DNA of 63,793 bases, the filler included, from Polymyxa betae A26-41 (taxonomy: Eukaryota; Protista; Endomyxa: Phytomyxea), in assembly GCA_003693705.1 (NCBI GenBank). It is 7 parts of 7 records of this genome, joined end to end, with 100 filler letters (N's around TTAATTAATTAA, not from the genome) between each part and the next. Parts side by side here need not be neighbours in the genome. Positions count along the whole stretch, not along the records: positions 14,768 to 38,211 come from RBZT01000463.1; positions 38,312 to 43,172 come from RBZT01000840.1; 5 more parts are not named here. One strand, given 5' to 3'. A program made the translations under genes and the position numbers. Positions 25,901 to 38,657 of this stretch are shown piece after piece. The number at the start of each line of letters is the position of its first letter. Position 1 is the stretch's first letter. A model generated the notes under the pieces. It ran no database searches and was not told where the DNA came from. It worked only from the letters and a program-made list of their open reading frames with translations.

Positions 25901-26529
25901 ATTTGCATTCGTCCGCAAGATTATCGCAGAAGACAGTTTATCGTCAGTGTAATCTCTGATATAACGGATGAGAAGAAGCATATCTATTATTCAGATCTGG
26001 ATACCGAGAAGATTGTCCGTCTCCAACAGCACGAGAGTCTCATCAGCTTTTCAGAATCAGGCAGTGGAAAATCAGACATCTTCAGAGCCACGATCGCCTA
26101 TGTAGGATGATCATGCCGGATGCCAATAACGTTATTTCAATAATCGCATTTAGGCCGAGTTTAAAGAACAAAAAATCCAATTCTGCTACTGAAGATCATC
26201 ACCAGAGAAATCAGCCAATGTCAATGCAGAGATTCGTGCTCAGCAAGAATTCCAGTCTGAAGAGATTCGTATTGTTGAATGAGATAAAGAGCGCTTCAAC
26301 CAGCTCATCGGCATTCTCTGGTACAGATTCGATTTGTGCGGCCTCGCGTTACTGCAGTGTTCCGGCATCGAACATAACATGATTTGCGGAATCATCAATG
26401 CTGTTGGATTCACTTTTTCAATTTTGCAGAAATCAGTACCAAAGCTGTGTGTGATATCTTCTGACAAGAGGTCCAGATACGAACACATGATCAGGCACCA
26501 TCATGAATATAATCAGCAGACAAGTTATA

Positions 26530-27327
26530 CTAGCCCAGATTGTTTTTCAGAGATTTATTATCTCTTCTTTTCGCATGAGCCTGAATTCTAGACAATATAG
26601 TCGGACATCTAATAGCGGCATGACCGATCTGGCAACAGTTAACACATTGAATATTCCTCTCCTGCATTTCTAACAATTCTCTCGACAAAGGAACCGGATC
26701 GCTGAATGTTGAATTTGAATCCTTGATACGAGTTTCCTTTGGTCGTTTACAGTTAGGTGGAGAATTAGATCCAGAAATAGACAGTAAAGCATGAAATTGA
26801 GAGGCTTTATCTTGTAGCAGGAGAATGAAATCTTTCGGCTGATGGACGAGTTTACAGTCTTTTATGATCGCATTCTCAATGACGATTTTCAATTCTGGCG
26901 GCTCGATCGCATCCCGAAGATATTTAACTTTTAACTTTCTGCCTTCTTCAACGTCGAACAGATCCATCCAATCCATGTTCATGGCAATTCTATTAAATTG
27001 CCTTACCAAATCAGCAACCCTGGCCTTGGGTGAACTGATCATCATATTCATCTTGATCGTCTTCATATGCAGATCGATAACGGCCACGAACAAACAATCT
27101 TTAAGCAGAAAGGTTCTCAGCCATCCATCCAATTGTTCATCGGTGACAGTATCAACATCAACATCGAGTCCATATTTGCAGATAGTTTTCAGCAATGAAG
27201 TCTCAACCATGGAGATCAGGGGCCTAGGGGCCACCCCATCCAGTCCAGCCTCACGAAACACACGAAGGTATCGCCTGCGCTCTTCGCGGAACTCCACGAT
27301 CTCCTTGGTTCCCGGAACCCTCAGCAT
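26530..27327 (-). CDS. Solo Ty3/gypsy Gag-like protein with CCHC knuckle (265 aa)
   Basis: Aligns by eye along its length with the Gag at 47870-47050 (PRPLISMVETSLLKTIC vs PRSLISMIETTVLETIC; LVRQFNRI vs LYVQFNKI; AIEPPELK vs GIEPKELK); CVNCCQIGHAAIRC knuckle; no pol follows. Confidence 0.85.
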   Translation of the reverse strand: MLRVPGTKEIVEFREERRRYLRVFREAGLDGVAPRPLISMVETSLLKTICKYGLDVDVDTVTDEQLDGWLRTFLLKDCLFVAVIDLHMKTIKMNMMISSPKARVADLVRQFNRIAMNMDWMDLFDVEEGRKLKVKYLRDAIEPPELKIVIENAIIKDCKLVHQPKDFILLLQDKASQFHALLSISGSNSPPNCKRPKETRIKDSNSTFSDPVPLSRELLEMQERNIQCVNCCQIGHAAIRCPTILSRIQAHAKRRDNKSLKNNLG

Positions 27328-27664
27328 GGGCGCCGTGCTTATCCGGCGACCGGGCCTGGAGCGCAGCGGCTCACGAGATCAGGTCCATCAACAACAAAGA
27401 TTAAGTCTACAGTTTCCGGAAGATTGCGAGAAATCTTACTAACGGCATTTTCACATTTTAAAGTTTTTTGTTCTAAAATAACTGCGCCTATAAACGTTCA
27501 TTTTCTGCGTAACATGCTTCAATGTCTTTAGAACGTCCAACTTCCTCCATTGTTTATCTGGATTGATTTTCAATTAGCGAGTCGTCTGTTCTGTCTTTGT
27601 GACATCAATTTGAAAGATTTCCGTTTATTGCCTTTAGAAGATTACTGAGGATGCTTGTAAATTT

Positions 27665-28590
27665 TGGAAAATATTTGTAAATAGCCGTAAGTTTTTATTC
27701 AATTTGTGCTTCAACAACAAGAAATCATGAGCGAATCTGGGACAATGGTGCTTTATAGAGCAATATTTGGACCTTAACAGAGTTAGAACTCTTTTCAAAG
27801 CATTTCTATCGAAACTTGCGAGCAAATAACTTGTACAGTTTAAAAGACAATCAGCCGAAAAAATCAGTCGCTGGTAACAGGACAAGAAACCGTTTCACAG
27901 CATACAACGTTTCGAGAAAATGGGTATTTGGTTTTCTATCAGTTTGTTGAACAGAATCGGCAGAGACATATTTTGGAAGGCGTACCTGAGCAGTATTCAA
28001 TATTCATGTAGAACTGATGAGCTTTGGTCCTGAATTGAAATCCCTGCACTGTAATTTAATCGCCCACTACGATGCCATTTGAGGCCGCTACTAACAGCCA
28101 TCCGGAATCCAATATCAAGAGCTCTAAAAGTTGGAAAATATTTGTGCAATAGCAAAGCCAAGTATTGTGATTCAATTTGTGCTTCAACAACAAGCAAACA
28201 TGAGCGAACTTGGGACGATGGTGCTTCAGAGCCAATTTTCGAACATTGACAGAGCTAGAACACTTTCAAAGCATTTCTATCAAATCTTGAGCCAGTCAGC
28301 CGATTTCAATCAGTCATTGGTAACACGACCAGTAACAGTTCTTCCAGCAAAAAAAGATCCAAAAAAAATTTATTGGATTTCTATTAGTTTGTTGAATCGG
28401 ATCGGTTGTCACCCATTTGGAAAGCGTACCTGATCAGTATTCATGAAGATATAGGCATGAATTAACTGGTCATGAACCAAAGTCCCAGCCCTATTGCTTT
28501 GGGCAATCACTACGGCGCCATATGAAAGCGACTTCTAAAAGCCATCCGGAATCCCCATAGATTTGTCAATGTCAAGGGCTCGAAAATTTC
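27665..28590. repeat. Diverged tandem duplication, ~465-bp unit
   Basis: ttggaaaatatttgt, attcaatttgtgcttcaacaacaag, tttcaaagcatttctatc, gcgtacctga and agccatccggaatcc each occur twice in the same order (units start ~27668 and ~28131). Confidence 0.85.
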
Positions 28591-28660
28591 AGATTCCATC
28601 ATCAGATTGTGTACGCAACGGCTCAAGTGATTCATTGGAGATGACACTATCACGAAAAAG

Positions 28661-28733
28661 TCCGAAATAGTATAGTGGTTTAGTATTCGCCCCTGTCACG
28701 GGTGGGACCGGGGTTCAATTCCCCGTTTCGGAG
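28661..28733 (+). tRNA. tRNA-Asp(GTC)
   Basis: Complete cloverleaf: acceptor tccgaaa/tttcgga, anticodon arm cgccc-ctGTCac-gggtg, T arm cgggg-ttcaatt-ccccg; followed by an oligo-T Pol III terminator. Confidence 0.97.
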
Positions 28734-29704
28734 CGTGTTTTTTGGCATTTCCGAGCTGTATCAAGGGAAACAAATGCTTCCGCTATAGAAGAACGAAGTT
28801 CCAGTGTCATTCTAGTTGGAGATATGATGATATCATGCAGCACAATTTGTAAATTTTGGTTTTATCTGACAACTGAAGCATTTATTGAAACGAAAATTTC
28901 CCTTTGTCGAAGGTTGCCTCACATAACTTCCCCAGAGCAAGCTCTTTGTTCTTGGGGGCGATATCTTGGCGCTGATTTCACCATACATCTAACAATGAAA
29001 GATATTCGTTGCATGCTTTCTGTTTTGGCCCAAGATTTGGAACATTGAACTCTTGTAGTGCTCTGCTATCATTATTTATCTAAGGAATTGCATTGCAAAC
29101 AAATAAAGCCAACCATGATTTTTGAAGCAGAGGATTGATAAGATTCATAGTCAATAGACAAGGAGGTTTGGTACTTCTGATCATTCCGGATTTGGCCGAA
29201 GCTGCCCGGCACGTTTTCGAATGGACTGGCCCGAAATTGTCGCCAAGCATTCACTGCAGAATTGGTTCGACAGTCATGAGTCGGTAAGAGATATTTCTGG
29301 TGCTAACAGATCTGAACAAACTTTATAGATTGCAATGGTCGATATCGTTTATTCGAGATAAATTCAGAGAATGCAAGAAAAGCCGGGCATTATTGATGAG
29401 CATCAACATGTATCACTGGAGAGCAAACAGAGGTAAAACCCCACTAATACAACCGAACCACAATTGAAAAAAGACGCATAAAATTTGAAAACAAAGTCAA
29501 GGTGGAACAGGATCAGGCGCGGTCTGTTGCTTAAAGTGCTGAAAGACGTAAAGAAGATTCAAAGATGATCGGCCAGGCGGCGACGATACATTGAAGAGCG
29601 ACCTAAATGAAACCCTGTGAATTTTATTGTACAGATGCAGATAAAGATATGGAGAAAATAACAACCAGTGCAATGATCAAGATTAGCTAACCTAAACCAG
29701 GCGA

Positions 29705-32700
29705 TTATGGCGATAATTGTTCCAGTAGAGATCGCAAAGTCTCCGAGTCTGGGTTCGTATTGCAGGCTGTTCTTGCCAGAGCAAGTAACTGATCGTCGGT
29801 AAGGTCCGGAGCTGAGCCAAATATCATCCAATAAATAGGGGACGATAAAAACGTTAACTCCACAAACGATACCTAAAGATAAGAGCGAAAACAAAAAGGG
29901 ATGTTTGCTGTCAAACACTAATAAGAAATAAATGTCATGCAAAACAAGAGTCAGTAGGCGAACGAAAACGTGCAAAAAGTAGGAGAAGCAAGGTTGCCTA
30001 CAAAGCCTGGAAATCTCGAGCTGAGCTGTATAAAGAGCGACATCTTTCGGATTGCGAGATATGGCCCGTGCAATAATGTCAAGAACATCAGAAATGCTCG
30101 CGCCATCGGATCTGGCAACCTGAAGACAATGCCGGAGCCAAAGCCCTGGCCGCGTTGGATCCGCTTCTAGATCAGACTCGCTGACAGCGTCAGTCGAGCA
30201 GAAATAGCGATCGGAGCCGGCTGAGGAGCTTACTGCTTGATATAATAAAGATATCACAGAGCCAATCTAACACCAGTGTTAGTGCAAATCATTACAGCAA
30301 GCGAGAAAAAACAGCAGAAAGACAAAGGAAAGGAGAGGAAAAAGAAGAAAATATGACCATACACATTCCTGATCTGTCCTTTGTTGATCGTTCAGTGAGA
30401 TGAAACCACAATCATCAGCTGTTGGCGCCACCTCTGGTATTTCTCCAGAAGCAGCCATTGCAAGCGACTCTTCAATATTTGTGGCAATGCCCAGTGACTC
30501 ATCGAATGGTGGTGACAACGAAACTGAAGAGTTGCCAGAAGTTAGAGCCGGCGTGTGAGCTTTAGCGTCTTTGGCAATTGTCGATTTCGGTGAAGAGCTC
30601 GACTCTGGATTCGATAAGTGCAGCATGGTACATTTGTCGTCATTGCAATGGCCGAAGAGAGAAAACTGACAAACCATTGCGTTCGGATTAGACACACCAC
30701 GAGAAACAGTGATGGGACTTTCGTAATGAAATTGACGCACGATTGAGGATTCGGAAAAGATACCCTTATCAGAGTCGGAGTCAGCCACTTTCTGTTTTGA
30801 CTTTAAATCGGAAATTTGAGATCTGACGGCATCGATGACTGAGCTGATTGCGAGACCCTCTTCTGCCACAGGTTCCTATCGATTGAAACATGTTATAAGA
30901 CAAAGTGCCAAAGAATGACAGAAATCAACTGAGCATGGCAGCACGGAGAAATAAGAAAAAAATCTGGCAGTACATCAAATAAGCAGAAATCGAAACATGA
31001 AAGGGCAAAGGCCTGGAGCTGGCGAAGAAAAAACTGGAAACTACAAACAAACCTGAGAAGCTGGATTCGCTTGCTCAAGAGCCAGTTGCCCTTTAGAATT
31101 CGCTGCCGGAGGTGCCTAAGAAAATGACGACATTCAGACGAAAACTAACAAGCAAAATGCACAAACAAGCGTATGCGTAGACGACATGGAAATATTTTAT
31201 GCAAATAATGCGAATGACAGAAACAACGAAAGATGAAAGAACAATAGGCAGAAAACAGCTGGGCATCGAGCACAGACCGTCGTTTGAGTTGGAGACCTAG
31301 AAAACATTGATTGCGATCCATCCTAAGCTGATGTTAGAGAAGATGAGGCAGAGGGACACGATTGTGAAACCTGCTGAGGCGTAGATAAATTCAAAGTCAT
31401 GGTCAACATGTCAAACTCGGACTGCTGCCGGTTCAACTCAGCTTCAAGTGTGAAGACCTCATCATCATGACGTTCGATCATCTGTTTCATCCTAATCACA
31501 TTTTGTTCTGTGATCTGCAGCCTGGCTCGAAGCAATCCTCTTCTTTGCTCTAACGAGGATATCTACATTCATCACACCTCAGAAATAGCAAAAGGGAAAT
31601 GGTATCAACTATCAATAAAACCAAGAGCATACGAAAAAAGGCAAAAATGTAGCCAACCTTTCCACGAAGGTCGGCAATAGTGGTTAACCGTGTCTGAAGA
31701 GCTGATTGTCGCGCCACGTTAGATGGCTGTTGCTTATGTTTTTTGGCAGATTGTCGAGCTTCAGCCGGAGCAGATTTAGCTGCAGGTAAAACTTGAGACA
31801 CCTGATTAGATTTGTTGCTACTATCAGGTTGGAGAAGCGGAGTCTGATTGGGGATCTGGCGACTCTCTTGGGGCAACTTGGCAGTCGACGGGTTCTCTTG
31901 AGCCGTAACACCATTGCCGTTTGTACTGGCTGCTTCAGCAGCAGCGATCTTTTGCCTGTATGGGGAAATCAAAAAGGGTGTCACACCAAAACTCAAACTT
32001 GATACGTGATGCATAGGAAAAGGCAAGTACCAATTCATAAAGGAAAACAAAGATTGTTGAGGGAAATGTTTGGCAAATAACGAAAAATCTGCAAACGTTA
32101 AATTTAAGAACAGCAGTATTGGGAAGAGGCAAAAACAACAAAACATGCAGAAAACATCAAACGTCAGACAAGATTAGGGATCAGCAACCCAAAATGGACC
32201 TGAGTTTCTTCATGTTAGCTTTGATTCGTTGTAGTTCATCAGAGGTAAAAGCCCGCTTGCGTTTCAAATCATCGCCAAGCTCGCCAATCGATTCTGAATC
32301 GGACGTGTCATCCGATGTATTACCATCGAGATGAATGATAAAAGGGTCATCAGGATGCCTCGCAACCGATTTAGGTCGGCGCTTACGGATGGGCTGCTGT
32401 GTGTTGGAATCGAGTCGCTTTTTAGCCTCGGATTTTACAACAGCAGATGCCGATGGAATAGGGCTAGTCAAGCTAAACGAAAGGAATCATAAACAGCTGG
32501 TTTAAGAGAGCATTGGTGCGAACTCTGATGGATTAACTGAAGTGGTGACAGCAGCTGACAGTGCGGCAGTGTGGGGAGTCTAAACGAAAACGTTTAGGAT
32601 AAAAATGAGAGAAAAAGAAATAAACTCACATGAGCAGGATCTGAAGTAGAAGCAGCAACTTTTACAGGAGCGGATACAGGAGCTGTAGGTGTCGAATTGA

Positions 32701-34459
32701 CAATACTGAAACACAGTAAGACACTCAAGTGAAAAGAGCGCCAGAGAAGAAGAATGATCAAATAGGGGGTAGAGGGAATGCGAAAAAAAGAAATCTGAAC
32801 ACTATGCAAATCATTAGCTCGTACTTCCTTAAGAACTGTAGAGCATCTGTGGAAGCTTGTGAAGCAGCACCAGCGCTCTCTGATGGAGCGCTGCTGGATG
32901 CAGTTTTAGACCTCTTCTTTGGTGTAACACCATCGTCAAGTTTTGCATCGGCAGCAGATCTAGCCCCTTTAGATAATATGGCCTTGCGTTTGAGCTCGGC
33001 AATCAAGTTTTCATTGAGCTGATGAGGCTGAGGAGAAGGCAGTGGCTTCGGAACTGTAGCCTCCGATACAGAATCGATGATGAGTTTGGGAGGTCTGAAT
33101 GACGGCGGAGCAAGACCATGCGGTTTCTCGGCAAATCCAGGCAGCAGCTACGCAAAATCAGAAAAAGCATAAGCGGAAAGAAGAAACAATGTGATGTCAT
33201 ACAGAAGGAAGAGGCTTTGGTGGAACCGGAGCAGGCAAAACAATAGGTGAATACCGATGGAAGAATATCGGCGATTCAGATGGCAGAGGGACTCGATGGT
33301 GCCTGCCTAAATATGGTGGCGCAACAGCATACCGGTTGAAAACCGGAAGATGGCCATGAGCAGGGGCAGGCGGGACAGGCACGAAGAAACCGCCATGAAC
33401 TGGAAGAAAGGGCTCTGACAGAGAGAAGTAAGAACAAAGAACGGGAAAAACATAGCAAAATTAACAGATATTGCAGAAAATGAACACCACACAGCTTTCA
33501 GGCAGTTAGAAGAACAATTACAGAAACAATCCGATGTGCAAAAATGCCAACAAAAACGAACGCGTCACGTTATAACACTACAGAAGAGAGAACAAGGGAA
33601 CACGCACCCATTGGACGGCCAAAGTCAATCGGTCGCCTGGAGTCAGGTTCACGGCGAGGATCTGCGTTGGCAGGCTCGGGTTCCCGACGGAATTCGAAAC
33701 TTTCACGAACACCGAAGTTAACACTGTGCCGTCTGGGCGGAAAGGCGGATGAAGTCGGTACAGGAGGAACATCAGGCACAGCACCATCCTCGTTATCAGA
33801 AACCTCACCCTCTTCTTTGTCATCGTCGTCCGTTGTAGCCTCGCTTCCTGCAGGTGCTGGTTTCTGTTCTTCAGTGTTCTGATGCTTGGTAGGCTCAGGT
33901 ACAGGAGAATCAGGTACAGGAGACAAACGCGAGGCGCCAGACTGGCATTTGACGATGACGAAATTGGGAGATTGCAACTGCATCGCCGATTCCACAGACG
34001 ACTCCGATTCAAATTCAACTCGAAATACAGATCTGATAATACCGATATCAGCACCGATAAGCCAAATTTAAAGGATGAGTAGGAGGAGCGTGTTTTCAAA
34101 CATAAAATAATATAGCCATATCTGTGCGAGTGTTTGCAATACAGCTTGGAAACACAAAAAAGGATCAGGTTTTAAATAATTACAGTCAAAACCTAATTCA
34201 AAAGCAGCAATCTAAACTTCAGAATTGTGTCGTACTTATCTGGAATCGTGTTTTCTACTCGGGATATTCTTCCACAAGATTCGAGGAATTCGCGGCATTG
34301 CTCTAGGGACGCACCCATCTCGCAGCTGACATAGACGCTGCGTGCATCGGACGATGGGCCGGCCGGCGGCTCAGAGCCCTTGGACATGGACGCCCGCACC
34401 TGAGCCCTGAGGGCTAGCAGGGCTGGATCCGGTACTTGCATGTGTCCAGCCATGGTCAT
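29705..34459 (-). CDS. ZFC3H1/Red1-like nuclear exosome adaptor with N-terminal PABPN1-like RRM, multi-exon
   Basis: RRM DARSVYV..LESCGRISRV..DK|SVFRVEFESESSVESAMQL (exon 34459-34236 joined to exon from 34032); acidic EEGEVSD motif (~33801-33815); Pro/Ser-rich linker; coiled coil (~31330-31540); zf-C3H1 CQFSLFGHCNDDKCTMLH (30671-30618); short HAT-like helices (LEADPTRPGLW, AISRNPKDVALY). Internal exon boundaries approximate. Confidence 0.72.
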
Positions 34460-35179
34460 GCCGCCATCACAACCGATATAGACACCAGAAGCTCAATTCG
34501 ATAACAGAACGCAAAAGACCGAAAAAGTGCGTGTCATCAATTTCAAATGAATTTTCCAATCTTTTTGTGGCATTCTTAATTCTTTGAGTAATAAAAGCGC
34601 CCAAGAAAGCTTGTGTTTAAAATTTGAATTGAAATTCTGGGGATATTGTTGATTGGGTTAGTTCTGAAAACCTGATTATGCTGTTGGCTCTTTTTATCTG
34701 GATGAATGACATCGATTCTTGAAATCAATACTTGCAGCGGTTCTTGAAATTGTGTTGTATATTGATTTCAAATTCGAAGTTTGTAGTTTCATCATGAAAG
34801 AGAGCAACTCTCCAAACGCAACCATTAGATTGTTGGAAATGGCAGAAGCGATTCATTCCATTGCGTTTTGTGCCTTGAACGTCGAATTCTTTCTTTGGAA
34901 AGACGATATGATGGTCATTTCCGGATTCGTAATAGTGTCCAGTATGATGACTGCATCAGAAGCACTTGTAATATCAGAGAGTCGGATTTTAATCATCACG
35001 GACTGAAACTTGGTGCAAACACGTATTTTCGCATCTTAAATATGATGAGAAATTCAAAAAGAGCAGTAACGCTTCATTCTATGCTCTCTATTAAGCTGAA
35101 TTTCTTTAAAAAGCTCACTATATTGATTGACGATTTGCTGAAGGAAGGAGGGAATGCAAAATTTGCCGTACGGATTTCA

Positions 35180-35533
35180 GGTTGTTCGAGAGCTCCATGG
35201 CGCCCCCAAAACGTTGGACTGCAGAGGAGAAAAGACACCTGCTCGGACTTGTCGCAGAGCATGGCAATTCCAGGGCTACGTATGGGTCAAATTCGTTTGA
35301 TTTGATTCAAGCTGTTTGAGAGCTCCATGGCGCCCCCGAAATCTTGGACTGTAGAGGAGAAAAGATACCTGCTCGGACTTGTCGCAGAGCATGGCAATTC
35401 CTGGGCTTCGGACGGGTCAAATTCGTATAATTTGATTCAAGCCGTTCGAGAGCTCCATGGCGCCCCCAGAAGACTTGACTGCACAGCAGGAAGCATACCT
35501 GCTTGAACTTTTTATGAGTTATAGTATCTTGTG
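35180..35533 (+). repeat. Three tandem 130-bp units, each beginning with an ATG and a Myb/SANT-like N-terminus (degenerate)
   Basis: MAPPKRWTAEEKRHLLGLVAEHGNS (35197), MAPPKSWTVEEKRYLLGLVAEHGNSW (35327), MAPPEDLTAQQEAYLLEL (35457). Confidence 0.75.
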
Positions 35534-37362
35534 AATCGTTTACTGATGTCATGCCGGTTCACCAAATTCGACTGCCGAATCAAGGCCTACCGTGTTCGTG
35601 TTTCTTCAAAATGTGTGTACATGTATTGGCAAGGACAAACCTAACCCAAAAAGACATATGCCCATCGACTTTCGATTGGGTAATGGTTTGCGCTATTATG
35701 TTGGTAGATTGATAATGAATGTTTTAGAGGATATAGTGGCTGGTCCCCCAAATGATGACAGTGTAACTACTGTATTTTCAGGAATTTTGGTGAAAAACAG
35801 GTAATTTTGTCTACTATGGTTAATGCTCATTCAACTAATGTTTGTTTTGAAGAGGTGACTTTCTGTTTGAGGCTCAGAAAGGCTCATCTATCACCGCAGA
35901 GGACGCCCATAAGCTTGGTAACCATCTGAAGTGAGCGGGAGGCTTCGTTTTACGAGGCTTGTTCTCTGCGGATGATATCTGGGGTTTAAGGGATGCACTC
36001 GTAAGGAATCACCAATCACAAACTGCTCAGACTTTTTCAGATATTTATTCTTGTAGATCTGTATTAACATTAGTGTGATCTAATTTTAAAAATAGGCAAA
36101 GTCCAAGCATTTGAAGGTGGCCAGTTCAACTTATTGCCGAAGTTCCGGGTCTTTATTGCTCTTAGAATCGACATATTATGAAATTATGATATTTTGCGAA
36201 TTTGCAACATTGGCAACGTCTCAAATGAAGGGCATCTTGCTCTATCAAAAATTGATTTATGACAAGGGAAAAATACATCGGTCTAGATTTCATCGATTTC
36301 CTTCACAAAGGCGACAATCATTTTCAATCCTCTGCTTGCACTACGCAGCAGAAAGAACGAATTACCAGAAATCTTCAAGAGATGGCTCTCTTCATGTTTG
36401 CTGATAGAGATGCGTCACAGCAGGGACTGACCGAGCTGTGGTTTATGCTGCTTAAATCCGTAGCTGATCGCCCTCTCACTCTATTGATGACGATGTTCCT
36501 TCCATACGAGTTCCAGAATGTCTTGTCCCCTCTCAATTACTTTCCTCCCGATCATCATTGACATCCAGTAGTTGGATATTCTGCTTAAATTCTGAGGAAC
36601 CCCTAACCCTAACCCCAGTCGAAGAAAATTGACAGCCACCAAATAATACGGCCTGGGATTCTGTTCCTACACCTACGGAAGCCAAAGCTGTTTTAAGAGG
36701 TTAATATCAGCTGAAAACTGATTCTGAGGAAACCCTGAGCGACAAAAAGCCTGCTTTGTTAGCTCAAGGCATTTCTAAACAATTTGGGACTGAAATATGC
36801 TTTCGCCCCAGTCAGCTCAATGACCAGCGTCCGAATATTATTCGCGTTTTAGCTTATATCAAGTCCAATCTTGACGTTGTTACAACAGAGCGCTCCGACT
36901 TTAGCTACCTTCTGATACGAAGAAATTTTCTGCTTTTTCGAATGACTTGTCCACGTAGTGGCGTTTGGAAAGGGGAATCATCGACAGCAGTAGACGATGG
37001 CGACTCCTGCATCTTGAATGGTTCGCCAACATGATCAACGTCGTACTACTCAGCTGGCAGCGTGGTGGCTGCAGCATCTTTTGATTGGTGAATCTGATTT
37101 TCGTTCGATTATCTCTCACATCATATATACAATCTCTATTGACAAGACTCTATCTGGAAATCCCATCAAATTATAGAGCTCATGCCCGATTAGATACACA
37201 AACACCTTCACCAGAATATAAATGGTTTTGAGAACCGAAAATGCGAAATTAAGTCCCCATTTACTCATCAGGACATATCCCGCATATCAATCGCATCAGC
37301 GTAATTCCAGAGAGCAACAATTTACCTGAGATATGTCATTACATAAGGATGGTTTTTGAATT

Positions 37363-37800
37363 CGACCCTGCTACGCGGGCGACCCCTCGCCCCGATAACT
37401 GCGCAGGCGACTATGTCGCCTGCGCAGCATTCAGGCGACTCTCTTTAGGACTCTATCCCTTTAAGATCGTGCCTATGTGCAGAATACCTTCACGTGTTTA
37501 CGTCTATATGTCTGTATTAGCACGAAAACATGGATACCGGTCGTCAGTTTTCGTTCTTCTTCTTTTTTGGGCTGACAGCGCTTCTTCTCAGTTTGGGACT
37601 TATATATTTTACCTCCTATTTTAGGCCTGCCTTTGGTTTTCAACTTGACCGGATTTCGAATGATTACATCGTCATCATTATCTTTCTGTGCGATTTCAGA
37701 AGACTTAATTGTGTCCAACAAAGCCGATAACGTGGATTTAACCAAATAAAAAAAACGAACGGTTTGAAACTGATCGTAATATAATCGCTTTGCACAGAGA
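37363..37800 (-). mobile_element. 3' remnant of a MULE element, same family as 56539-58897
   Basis: MVKSTL..IRNPVKLKTKGRPK matches MVKSTL..IRNPIRVKTKGRPK at ~58540-58670; shared terminal motif cgaccctgctacgcg (37363) and cgcgtagcagggtcg (58882). Confidence 0.85.
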
Positions 37801-38211
37801 GGCCAAATCGGAAAATCTCATTTCTTCAGAATCACAAGAATCAGAGTTCGACCCCGATCCCAGTCGCATGTAGCACACTCAGTTGACGGTGACTAACTTG
37901 TCAGTAGTGTTTATGTAAATCGGTAATGTAAAACCGATTCTATAATGAAAAAATAGAATCGGGTGGGTCAGAGTACTGGTGCTGGTCAGGTGAGTCATTA
38001 CGCCTCGGTATTGACTCGTGCAGCGGCGGCTCTCGATCGGCGATCAGGCGTGGCTCGCAACTGGCGAGGGTTAGGGTTGGTTGGGAGGCCGCGCTCCGTA
38101 ATCTGCGCGCTACATCTTCCCCCTTCTTCAGATAGATAGCCAGGTTCGCTATCGCTGTAGTGAGAGTTGTCGTCGTCGTCAGACCCGGCGGCGTCGGCTG
38201 GCGGGCTCTGT

Positions 38212-38311
38212 NNNNNNNNNNNNNNNNNNNNNNNNNNNNNNNNNNNNNNNNNNNNTTAATTAATTAANNNNNNNNNNNNNNNNNNNNNNNNNNNNNNNNN
38301 NNNNNNNNNNN
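38212..38311. other. Artificial contig spacer
   Basis: N44-TTAATTAATTAA-N44. Confidence 0.99.
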
Positions 38312-38657
38312 GCGAGCGACTCACGCCGCCACTGGGACACCAGTGGCGAGAGTCGGCTCTCCCAGTGGCAATTCGGACTCCGTGGATACTTCCATAGGAT
38401 CAGTCCGCAGGATCAATCCGCATCGTGGATTGACCCAGTTTCGTAATTGTCTCAGATTTGAGACAGCTATACTACACAGTCCATACTGGTAGTAATTACT
38501 GGTCTTATCGTTTATATAATCAGATAGTACGCACCATACTGCGTACGGAGGTTTAGAGAACCTCAAATCTGATACACTCCACCCCGTGTCGGCAGACAAG
38601 CGCGACACATTGCATAATCGTTTGGGCTTGTTTTCGTTGCTCTCAAAATCCGGTTCC

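Noticed and set aside
24429-26500. GC-richer ORFs and a weak mariner-like C-terminal phrase (ADELVEAL..F)
   Set aside because: No coherent gene model or diagnostic motif
36600-38080. Telomere-like ccctaaccctaacccc (36601) and agggttagggtt (38067)
   Set aside because: Only about two units each; too short to call interstitial telomeres
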